The translations under genes and the position numbers were made by a program. This document shows positions 51,502-61,200 of a stretch of 64,000 nt of DNA, in pieces; the first letter of the stretch is position 1; every line of letters begins with the position of its first letter. The DNA lies in IMG/VR virus record IMGVR_UViG_3300031994_002305, positions 101,073 through 165,072 of that record. One strand, 5' to 3'. The notes below the pieces were generated by a model. It did no database searches and was not told the origin of the DNA. It saw only the letters and a list, made by a program, of their open reading frames with translations. The stretch comes from a virus. Lineage: Duplodnaviria; Heunggongvirae; Uroviricota; Caudoviricetes.

Positions 51502-51930
51502 ATGAAAATTTCTGATTATAAAGTTGGGACCTCATTTGAAATAACATGTGCTAAAGTAAAAAGAAAAAAAGAAGGTAAAGAAATTGATGAATATATTTAT
51601 GATAGTTTTGAAATAAACAAAGATCATGCATATTTATGGGGTCGTAAACCTGAACAGATTATAAAAGTTAAAGCTACTATTATAGAAGAAGATGTTTTAA
51701 TATCACAACTTTATAAATATAATTCAGGATATAATTGTAACCAAATAGATTATTTTGGATGGATTTCTTTTGAAGATTCTGGAGAATTAAAGATTGGTTT
51801 GATTTATCAAAATATTAAATTATATTTTATTTGTTTTCCTTATGGACCAGATGCTGGAAGATTTTGGGATCAAGATTTAAAAGATTTTAAAACTAATGAG
51901 ATTATACGCCATGCTGGTGATAGAAAATGA
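51502..51930 (+). CDS. hypothetical protein
   Basis: 142 aa ORF. Confidence 0.7.
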   Translation: MKISDYKVGTSFEITCAKVKRKKEGKEIDEYIYDSFEINKDHAYLWGRKPEQIIKVKATIIEEDVLISQLYKYNSGYNCNQIDYFGWISFEDSGELKIGLIYQNIKLYFICFPYGPDAGRFWDQDLKDFKTNEIIRHAGDRK

Positions 51931-51970
51931 ATGACTGTTAGATTAAAAATTGAAGAAATATAAAATTAAA

Positions 51971-52000
51971 AAATGAACTGTATCTAAATACAGTTCATTT
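51971..52000. terminator. bidirectional terminator
   Basis: AAATGAACTGTAT-ctaa-ATACAGTTCATTT. Confidence 0.8.
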
Positions 52001-52010
52001 ATTTTTTATA

Positions 52011-54287
52011 TTATTCATATGATCCAATATTACAGTTTGCATTATTTAACAATGTAGGCAACCCATATACTGGTAATATTCCTTTTAATTCACTTTTTAC
52101 ATTATGAACATAATTTAATGCATTATGCGATATCATAAAAAATGATAAATTATCATCTGCAAATACATGTTCTTTAAATCTATACTTAAATTTAAATAAA
52201 TCAAATTTTTTTACAAAATCATTGTTAATAAACTTATCAATATCAAAAACATATAACTTATTTGTAAAGAAATCAATATTTTCATCTTTAAAATTTAATT
52301 CCATATCATTTATTTGCTTATAAATATCATTATCAAATTGTGTTTCTGTAAATATATAAGCTTTTGTAAAATTAGGAAAATTTCCAAAAATAAATTCATA
52401 TAATACATTATAAATAATCAACATATAATGCATATCAAAATAATCATCTAATTTCCAGTTATTAATTTTATTAGATAAATTATGCATTACTTGTGTTAAA
52501 TTGACTAATAGTAATTTATCACTTGAAAACATTTTTCTGATATAATATAAGTAATCATTATTTATATTTTGATCACAAACAACCATTACATCATATATAT
52601 TTTTATCAATAGTTTTATATAAATTTCTTAATTTATCTAATTCATAAAAATAATAATGTAAGTATATAATTATTAATGGTTTTCCATTATATACATTATT
52701 TCCAATATTTTCTTCTTTATAATCATGAATATAGTTATATATATTTTCATAATTATATAAAGGTTTTAAATAATGTGGTTTTATAAAGTTTGAAAATTTA
52801 TCTTTCTTTGCATTTTCTGATTGCTTATAAATATTTTCATGTAAAATTATAAATTGCGTATCTTCTTTAGGTTTATTATTTCGCAAATTATATATATGAT
52901 TAGTATTAGTAATATCATATACAATTTGTGATATTAAAACATTAGATATATTTGCATTATTATGTAAATAATTATACTTATTTAAATAAGTTTCATCATG
53001 ATATCTTGGTATAATATTATTACATAAATCAATATTAATCATTTCATTAACTTCCTTACACATATTATATACTAATTCTGCATTACCACCAAAAAATGCA
53101 GCTTGTACATATGTATAATCTTTTGTACCAAAATATGATACTGAATTAGGATTATCCATGTATGGTTCTAAAAATACTGTAGGATCTTCATTATGATCAA
53201 ACCAATCTTTATGATATGTTAAATTTAATTTATCTTTATCAAACCATGAATAATCAGAATCTAATATTTCAGAATTAGCATTAAAATAAAAAACATAATC
53301 ACAATTGCATTGATATGTTTCAATATATTTCATTTTAAATAATGTAACAATTGGCCATGGATAATCATTAATAATATGATGTTCAATTGTTATATTATTT
53401 GTTTCATATTTTTTAGGTTCACTAATACCATCAGATATTAATATTACATGTTTTTTATTATTTGGGAAAAACTTATTTAAACTTCTAATAAATCTAGGAA
53501 AATCGTTTTTATAAATTCCTGTACAAATATAATAAATACCTATAGTTTTTGTAAATAAATTTGTTGTATATTCATAATATAATTTATTAATTAAATTTTT
53601 ATTATCTCTTTTTACAGATGATACATTATATAATAAAACTTTAACATCATCTGTTGTTATATTCTTATTATACTTACCAATTAATCTAACCCACAATTCA
53701 TAATCTTCCATTCCATCATAATTACTATCATAAAAAACATCATTTTTTATAATTTCTAAATATAATGATTTTCTAAAACAAACAGCAGGATGACATATAA
53801 AATTATAATTTAATTTAGCATTAAATAAATCTTCTACATCTAATTTATTCTTAATTAATTCCAATGATGGTGCATGATCATATAATTTACCATTTAAAAA
53901 TCTATCAATATTTGAACATAATACATCTACATTTTTGTTCTTTAACATATAATTAATTTGATATTCTAACCTATTATTATACATTAAATCATCACCATCC
54001 ATTCTTATAATATATGCGCCACTACTTAACTTAATTCCTAAATTTAATGTATCAGATATTCCAGAATGTTTTTTATTAATAACTTTTATTGTTTTATATT
54101 TTGAATATTTATTTAAAATTTTTAATGTTGTATCATCAGTACTTCCATCATTAACAATTATAATTTCATAATTGTATTTTGTTTTTTGAAATAAACATGT
54201 TTCTAATGTATCTTCTAATACAGATCCACAATTATAAATTGGTATAACTATTGATGCTAATACTTTATTACCTTTATTATTTTTCAT
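52011..54287 (-). CDS. multidomain glycosyltransferase: GT2 + GT6 + C-terminal domain
   Basis: GT2: SIVIPIYN, VNDGSTD, RMDGDD, HPAV, EDYELW; GT6: IGIYYICTG, WP, YFNAN, FFGG, HDETYLNKY. Confidence 0.85.
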   Translation of the reverse strand: MKNNKGNKVLASIVIPIYNCGSVLEDTLETCLFQKTKYNYEIIIVNDGSTDDTTLKILNKYSKYKTIKVINKKHSGISDTLNLGIKLSSGAYIIRMDGDDLMYNNRLEYQINYMLKNKNVDVLCSNIDRFLNGKLYDHAPSLELIKNKLDVEDLFNAKLNYNFICHPAVCFRKSLYLEIIKNDVFYDSNYDGMEDYELWVRLIGKYNKNITTDDVKVLLYNVSSVKRDNKNLINKLYYEYTTNLFTKTIGIYYICTGIYKNDFPRFIRSLNKFFPNNKKHVILISDGISEPKKYETNNITIEHHIINDYPWPIVTLFKMKYIETYQCNCDYVFYFNANSEILDSDYSWFDKDKLNLTYHKDWFDHNEDPTVFLEPYMDNPNSVSYFGTKDYTYVQAAFFGGNAELVYNMCKEVNEMINIDLCNNIIPRYHDETYLNKYNYLHNNANISNVLISQIVYDITNTNHIYNLRNNKPKEDTQFIILHENIYKQSENAKKDKFSNFIKPHYLKPLYNYENIYNYIHDYKEENIGNNVYNGKPLIIIYLHYYFYELDKLRNLYKTIDKNIYDVMVVCDQNINNDYLYYIRKMFSSDKLLLVNLTQVMHNLSNKINNWKLDDYFDMHYMLIIYNVLYEFIFGNFPNFTKAYIFTETQFDNDIYKQINDMELNFKDENIDFFTNKLYVFDIDKFINNDFVKKFDLFKFKYRFKEHVFADDNLSFFMISHNALNYVHNVKSELKGILPVYGLPTLLNNANCNIGSYE

Positions 54288-54547
54288 TAAATTTAAAAAT
54301 ATATGTTAATTTATATAAAAATAGTTTTTTTAATTATATAATATTAATATTTATTTGCTTAAAATTTCTATATTAATTAAAATAGTTTTAATATGGATGA
54401 AACGGCAAACAAAAGACTTAAAATTGTTTAGAGAGTATATTAAAGCAAAATATGACACTCCATATTTTATTGAAAATTTTATTATACTAAATAATGCAAG
54501 AATTAAATTAAAAGCTTGGCAAAAAGAATTTATTAAAAAATTAGAAT

Positions 54548-55048
54548 ATGAAAGATCTATTAAACAGTCATTTTGAAAGAATTTTGAATCATCAGCAGCA
54601 TTTACATTTTAATGTTCCTTATGATGATGATTATGAGCATTATTATCACAGTGCTAAAGCTGAATCAGATGAATGGAAAAACAAATATGAAAATCTTCAA
54701 GATAAGTTCAAAAACTTTTTTGATATTCCACGTCAAAATGAACTAGGTTCAAAATTTCCATGGTGTGGTTATATTGATATGAATGGAAAGAAATATGTTT
54801 GTGAACAATGTGAACATGAATCTATTATTCGTCAAATTGTTTTAAAAGAATATCTTGAGGAATATCTTAGTGTACCTGCATCATTTTATGATCATAAACC
54901 ACAAGGTACCTTCCAAGAAGAATACTTTGCAATGAAATATTTAGGTTTTGCTAAAGTATCTTCATTTAGAGATGCGCCTACAAAACGTATTCTTTTCTTT
55001 TATAATAATCTTACGTGGAAACAATCAAAAGAAATATATCCTACTTAA
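54548..55048 (+). CDS. hypothetical protein
   Basis: 166 aa ORF. Confidence 0.7.
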   Translation: MKDLLNSHFERILNHQQHLHFNVPYDDDYEHYYHSAKAESDEWKNKYENLQDKFKNFFDIPRQNELGSKFPWCGYIDMNGKKYVCEQCEHESIIRQIVLKEYLEEYLSVPASFYDHKPQGTFQEEYFAMKYLGFAKVSSFRDAPTKRILFFYNNLTWKQSKEIYPT

Positions 55049-55052
55049 TAAT

Positions 55053-55292
55053 ATGTTAGACAATAAATGGCATTATACAGAAAACAATGATTACCCAGAA
55101 GTATTTGGACAATATGAAAATACACATTATCCACAAATTCCATGTTTAGTCGAAGATCTTGGATTTTTTGGAATAAGATATTGGAATGTTACAGAACAAT
55201 GTTGGGATGATGAAGATTGTGATGATTATTTTTGTTCAAAAGAAGGTATTGTACGCTGGAGATATTTAGATCCATTACTTGAAGAAAAATAA
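55053..55292 (+). CDS. small hypothetical protein (DUF551-like, true start MLDNKW)
   Basis: W...P and WRYL pattern. Confidence 0.55.
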   Translation: MLDNKWHYTENNDYPEVFGQYENTHYPQIPCLVEDLGFFGIRYWNVTEQCWDDEDCDDYFCSKEGIVRWRYLDPLLEEK

Positions 55293-55298
55293 ATAATA

Positions 55299-55347
55299 TT
55301 TGAATTTTTGAAATAATGTTCTATATTATATTCGTAATCAAGCAAAT
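55299..55347 (+). promoter_or_regulatory. repeated early-type promoter with AATCAAGCAAA leader
   Basis: TTTGAA-17-TATATT. Confidence 0.7.
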
Positions 55348-55353
55348 ATTAAT

Positions 55354-56112
55354 ATGACGAAGCAGTTTATTGGATTTACAAATAAGTATTATACATTATG
55401 GACAATGACTGAAGATTTTAAACCTCTTGGTAATGGACATAATTATGTAGTACAACACTTCACATATATTCAGAATATTTCAATGGATCGTGAAACTGCA
55501 TTTAAGAAATATCCTGGTGTTGAATATATGGAGGGTCTTCGCGGTAAAAGTCATTCGTTTGATTATAAAAAGGAAGTTTGGGATAATGTAGATACATTTC
55601 GTTTCGGTAAATACAAATATGAGAAGATTGAATCAGTAAATGATCTTAATTATATTGCATGGTATTGGGATCAGGTTTATGCTGAGCATAAGGATTTTGT
55701 TTCAGAATTTCTTAAGAAAAATGGATATGAAGTTCGAACTCATACTTGGATTCCATATAATGGAACGGAACAAACTGATGAATATCTTATGAGTCCTAAA
55801 GATCTTGAAGAAGAAAGAAAGAATATCGCAGCAGTTAATGTAACTATTGAAAAATGTAAGAATAATGAATCTTTTGAATTCATACCAGAATATAATTTGG
55901 ATGAGATGGGAGATTACCGTGGTGGAGATGTAATTTTTCATTTTGATGAGATTAAAGAAAACTATTATCAGGGTTATACATATTATCTTCCAATGATTAA
56001 TGGTAAAGCTAAAAGATTTAAGAACAAACATGTCAAAGTTACTAAATATTCATATTCTGTAAATAATATGGTTGTAATTATCAATGTTGAAAAATTTGAA
56101 ATTATAAAATAA
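55354..56112 (+). CDS. hypothetical protein containing FGKYK...Y..W motif
   Basis: 252 aa ORF. Confidence 0.8.
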   Translation: MTKQFIGFTNKYYTLWTMTEDFKPLGNGHNYVVQHFTYIQNISMDRETAFKKYPGVEYMEGLRGKSHSFDYKKEVWDNVDTFRFGKYKYEKIESVNDLNYIAWYWDQVYAEHKDFVSEFLKKNGYEVRTHTWIPYNGTEQTDEYLMSPKDLEEERKNIAAVNVTIEKCKNNESFEFIPEYNLDEMGDYRGGDVIFHFDEIKENYYQGYTYYLPMINGKAKRFKNKHVKVTKYSYSVNNMVVIINVEKFEIIK

Positions 56113-56130
56113 TTAATCTATTAATATTTA

Positions 56131-56190
56131 TAAATGTTCTAACCACTGAGCTAAATAGGATCGAAAACAAACAGTAGTTAAAAACATTTA
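56131..56190 (+). promoter_or_regulatory. structured leader antisense to a tRNA D-arm
   Basis: - strand reads TTTAGCTCAGTGGTTAGAACA; + strand folds TAAATGTT..TAAC.ACTG / CAGT.GTTA..AACATTTA. Confidence 0.45.
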
Positions 56191-56205
56191 AATTTAATTA
56201 AAATT

Positions 56206-57039
56206 ATGGGAAAACAAAAACGTAGTGAAAACACTTATCAGAAGATTAACACAATCTTCATGCGTGATGCAAAGAATGTAATTATGCCTTATGATCCATT
56301 TACGGAGCCTGAATTTGAGTACCTTCGTAGTCTTAAGTGGCGCGGTGAGGAAAAAATTGACGGTACAAATATGCGTATTGAGGTAAAGAAGGCACAAGTA
56401 TGGGATGATCCTGCTGAAGGTAGTAAGGTAGAAGGCGTATCGTTCTCTGTTCGTTTTGCAGGTAAAACTGATAATGCCCAGATTCCACCAAAGCTTCTGG
56501 CTCACATGGAAGCAAAATATCCTAAGGAGAAAGTTCTTGCTGCTCTTGGTCTTAAGGCATTTATTCCTGTAGATGAGTGGGAGACTGAACACAATTGGAT
56601 GTCTTATGATCAAATTCCAGATCTTTACACTATCTATGGAGAAGGTTATGGTATTGGAATTCAGAAAGGTGGTAATTATATCAAGAACGGAAATGAGTTT
56701 ATTGTTTTTGATGTTAAGGTAAATGATATTTATCTTAAGACTGATGCGCGCGATGAAATTGCAACAAAGCTTGGTGCACCTATTGTTCCATTCATTGGTT
56801 ACTTTACTCTTGATGAGGCAATTGATTATGTTCGTAAGGGCTTTAAGTCAACAATTGCAGAGAATCCAGATTACATGGCAGAAGGTCTCGTACTTCGTAC
56901 AGATTTAGGTCTTCGTAACCGTATGGGTAAGCGACTTATCGTAAAGGTTAAGTATGAAGATTTTCAAAAGTACCGTGATGTTTATGGCACTGATGAAAAA
57001 GTTGATCAACCTAAGAATGAAAACTACACAAAACATTAA
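56206..57039 (+). CDS. ATP-dependent RNA ligase (Rnl2-like nucleotidyltransferase)
   Basis: EKIDGTN (I), YGEGYG (III), FIVFDV (IIIa), AEGLVLR (IV), VKVK (V). Confidence 0.85.
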   Translation: MGKQKRSENTYQKINTIFMRDAKNVIMPYDPFTEPEFEYLRSLKWRGEEKIDGTNMRIEVKKAQVWDDPAEGSKVEGVSFSVRFAGKTDNAQIPPKLLAHMEAKYPKEKVLAALGLKAFIPVDEWETEHNWMSYDQIPDLYTIYGEGYGIGIQKGGNYIKNGNEFIVFDVKVNDIYLKTDARDEIATKLGAPIVPFIGYFTLDEAIDYVRKGFKSTIAENPDYMAEGLVLRTDLGLRNRMGKRLIVKVKYEDFQKYRDVYGTDEKVDQPKNENYTKH

Positions 57040-57061
57040 TAAAATATTGATATTTTAAATT

Positions 57062-57097
57062 AAATCCACCCGCTTGTGAAAGTAGGTGGATTTTTTA
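57062..57097. terminator. terminator after ligase
   Basis: AAATCCACC...GGTGGATTT plus T-run. Confidence 0.75.
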
Positions 57098-57098
57098 T

Positions 57099-57455
57099 TT
57101 ATACATAATCATATCTTTCAAATGGTGTTTCATTACTATTTCGTAAATCTAATTTAGCATTATATCGAGAACGTCTATTCATTCTTTTTCTATCTAATTT
57201 ATTCCAATAAGATTGCCAAATTGTTCCTGTGTTTTTATAAAGATGCATAGTTTGAGATTTTTTCTGAAGCTCTTTATAATTTTCTGCTCTTCTCCAAAAA
57301 TGTCTATTAATTCTAACTTTATGGTCATGGGCTGATAATTCATTTATATCGCACGGAATAGTATCAATACCCAATTGCATAAATAATTTGGCTCTACGAT
57401 TATAGATAACTTTAGATCTACGACGTCGTTCTCCTCTATTCATATTAATCTTCAA
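57099..57455 (-). CDS. highly basic hypothetical protein
   Basis: Arg/Lys-rich, 118 aa. Confidence 0.7.
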   Translation of the reverse strand: MKINMNRGERRRRSKVIYNRRAKLFMQLGIDTIPCDINELSAHDHKVRINRHFWRRAENYKELQKKSQTMHLYKNTGTIWQSYWNKLDRKRMNRRSRYNAKLDLRNSNETPFERYDYV

Positions 57456-58200
57456 TTTTGTTTATATCTAATGTTGAGAATGGAAATTTTTTAATATTAT
57501 TTGAATTCATATAATTAACCATTCTTATATAATTAGTTACGTCATTATTTGTATAATCTTTATATTCAGATGTTAAAGATTTTATACTTATTAATAATTC
57601 TGGCTTAGGACAACAATGTTGTTTATGTATATTAATTAAATCATTAAATAATTCTATACATTGATTACGACTTTTTCCATAAATATAATATTCGAATGAT
57701 TTGCCTTTATCGTCACATAATAAATGATTTATTCCATTTGCCTTTCTAAATTTTATAAACCATATATCACCAACTATTGCTAACATTTTAGATATTTCAT
57801 GTTTAAAGTGTTCTTTAGTTTCAGTATTTTGTTTTAGCATTCCTACAAATTCAGATATGGTCATTAAATTACTATATTCACCAGCATCCTTTTTCTGAAT
57901 AACTCGTAAATGATTTAAATCTTTAAATTGTTTATCTAAAATAATATGATCATTTGATTCACATAAATTATTAAATTCATCAGATGATAATATTCTTGGA
58001 TAATGACCATCATCATAATCAATATTTAATGCATCACAATATTTTTCATAATCAACATTATACATTATATATTCTAAAATGTTATAAATCTTATCAGCCC
58101 AAGCATTAAATTCAAATAATGCGTCTTTTGCTTCTAAATATGATTCTGCATATATAATTATCTGTTTATTCGAATCATATTGTCTAAAAATAAAAATCAT
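57445..58200 (-). CDS. hypothetical protein
   Basis: 251 aa ORF. Confidence 0.75.
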   Translation of the reverse strand: MIFIFRQYDSNKQIIIYAESYLEAKDALFEFNAWADKIYNILEYIMYNVDYEKYCDALNIDYDDGHYPRILSSDEFNNLCESNDHIILDKQFKDLNHLRVIQKKDAGEYSNLMTISEFVGMLKQNTETKEHFKHEISKMLAIVGDIWFIKFRKANGINHLLCDDKGKSFEYYIYGKSRNQCIELFNDLINIHKQHCCPKPELLISIKSLTSEYKDYTNNDVTNYIRMVNYMNSNNIKKFPFSTLDINKIED

Positions 58201-58243
58201 AAATACTTCTTAATTTATTTATATTATATTAATATGGAACTTC

Positions 58244-61200
58244 TTATTCTATTGATTCAAATAAGGTCTGTTCTTTATGTATTGCTTTATTTTGTTTGTC
58301 TTCTAATGTATCGACATCCTGTCCAAATATATTATCACGTAATGAATTTGTACTTTCCTGCTTACGTAAGAATCTATTATTTGAATCATCCATTTCTGCA
58401 TATTCATAATATCCATAAGGCTTATGAATAACATTTGGTAATTCTGATGAAACATCTGACAATTTCTTTTTCTCTGTAATTTCAAATGGTTTATTAATTA
58501 ATTCGTCATCTTCTTCTATTTCATCTCTCATATCATTTACTAATTCTTCAGCAAAGAATTCTTTTGTTAATGATGATCCTCCATAAAAATCCTCTAAATC
58601 AGTTTTCTTTTCCCATAGTAATTCAAATGGTACAACTCCTATTTGACCTTTACTTGGTCTTGATTGTAATACGATTACTTTCCAAAGATCTTTTGTTAAT
58701 TCAAATATTGTTTCAAGATATTCTTTATCATCAACAACCAAATTCTTAACTGAATTTGCATATGCAACTGAGTAATCAGCAAGATACTTATTAATCTCCA
58801 TTTCAGTAGTAGAACTATGAGCTAATACCCAGTCTCTTGTTTGTTTAACAAATTTCAATACAGGAAAATCCAATCTTTTCTTTTTACGATTAGCTTCAAT
58901 AGAAACAAATCTTCTAATACGTGTAAGTTTTGTATAATTAATTTTGTTTTGTTTCTTATCAATACAATATTCAAAAATATCTCTTATTGTCTTACAATCA
59001 TAAAATTTATATAAGCTCATTACAATAGGTATGTTTCTTTCAAGAATTTCAATATCTGATGCATATATATTATTTTCTTCTCTTTCAACTTTATATTGAT
59101 CATCTTTAAATACTTCATATGATCCTTTAAGTAATTCTTTATATGTATCAATATTTCCATCTGACAAATGATCTAAGAATTTAAATGTTTCAGTTGTTAT
59201 ATAACTATATCTATTATGACGACATTCTTTTAAGAAATCTTCAGCCTCAACTTCTTTGTCTTCAGAAACTCTATTGTTAATTTCATTTGTAATTACAGTA
59301 TAACCATAATATTTCATACCATTAGTTAATACTTCTAATTGTTTTGAATATTCTGTATATCTTTCTTCAAATACTTTTAACTTATATGTTGTTTCATCAA
59401 TATAATATCTACAATCATTTTCATCATATTTAAGATATCTGTTTGATGATAATAAAGATTGAATCAATGGGTTATATTTTGATTCCTCATTATTACGTTC
59501 AAGCATATCATTACAAGTATGTATTAAATCTCGTGCAAAAAGTAAATCCTTTTCACTGAAATTCAAATCTAATGGTTGTGTATAATAGTAATTTATTGGA
59601 ACACCAGTAGAATCTTCCTTTTCTAAAAACATTTTAATATAAAGATCATTATTACGAAGACGATTTGCGAATTGTTCAATATCTTGTGCAATCCAAGGTT
59701 CATTAAAATATACGCTAAATCTATATTTATCACAAATATCTACACCCACAGAAAGATATGTTGTACATAATATAATATCATTATTACCAATAGATTTATC
59801 AATATTAATTGATTCCATTGTTTCTTCTCCATAATTTGATTTCTTATAATAAAATGTATGTAAGTCTTTCGGATATTTAAATTTTGTTAAATACTTTTGA
59901 ACCAATCCTGTAATTTGGTCATAGTAAAGATTTCCTTTATTTGTTGGGAATAATATTTTTCTTCCATCAATAATATCTTTTGCCATTGAAGAACACATTT
60001 CAATTAATTTTTCCATTTTTCTTGGAACCATATTAATTTCAAATTCCTTAATACGATGATCTTCTTTAATGACTTTAATATGTTTAATATTTGGGAAGAA
60101 TAACATTTCACCAGTTGGTGTTCCTGTCATCATAATAACCTTTGCTTTACAGTTTGCAAGACGTTGTATTGCTGGTGACATAACATCTCTATATGAACTT
60201 GTAAATAATAGGTGAGACTCATCAATAACAATATATTCAAATTTTGCTTGGTCTAATTCAAATACATTTAAACGACTAAATTTATCAATTGTCATCGACA
60301 TATTATGATCACCTAATATTTCATCAAGTGTTGGTCTTTTGTTTCCATAGTAATATAACCAATCTGATGTTTTTGTATCGGCTTCAACCTTTGCTTTAAT
60401 TGTTGATGTGAATGGAAGAATTAATAATGTTTTAGCCTTAAGACTTTTAATCATTTCAGTTTTTCCATATCCTGCACCTGCTTCAAGCAAAGTTATATGC
60501 GATAAGTTACCAATAATATCATCTTTTAAATCTGAAAGATATTGATTACTTTTCATATGTAGTATAACTGACGATGTATGATCATTTAATATTTTCGTGG
60601 GATCACAATCAATATTACTTTCTGCTAATTCCTTTTCAAGGTTTTTCATTTCATCAGTATACATATTATCTGCTTTAACCTGTAATTTGAACCCATGATA
60701 TTTATTTAATTCTCTTACAGCCCAAACAGATATTGGCTTATTATGTATTGATGCAGTTTTAACGTCTCCTCTTAACTCTTGTTTTGGTGTTCCTTCACAA
60801 ATTTCAATCATAATTTGTAAAGCCTTATCTTCACCATATATAGATGTTAATGTGTTTGCGAGCTGCCAACGTTGTGCGTGCTTATAGTGTTTACGACCTG
60901 AACTTTTTGATACATCTCTTTCATTAATACCTGAGATATTTGTTATTTCAATATTTTCTTGTTCTGTTTTATCATCAGTAAACCATTCAAGTTTATGAAA
61001 TATATCTTTTAAGTCAGGATGTGTTATCCAATCAATACTAGAAACACCGCTATGAAATGCAGATTCAAAATTTACATCAAGACGTAAATCACGAAAATTA
61101 GTATTAAGTAATGCATTATTATCTGCTGCAATGAATATACCTTGTTGTGGCTTACACATAGCCATATCCATATATTTGAATATGTCTTCTTTTGTATATC

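Noticed and set aside
51928-51963. In-frame continuation MTVRLKIEEI after the TGA of the 51502 ORF (readthrough or nonsense mutation)
   Set aside because: Only 10 codons; cannot be told from chance without homologs.
56135-56160. Functional tRNA gene on the - strand
   Set aside because: Only the acceptor 5' strand and D-arm are present; no anticodon stem, T-arm or 3' acceptor strand.
3174-58749. Many short opposite-strand or nested ORFs in the track (e.g. 8800-9354, 15603-15881, 28572-28892, 56194-56613, 58303-58485)
   Set aside because: They overlap well-supported genes in antisense or alternate frames and have shadow-ORF composition.
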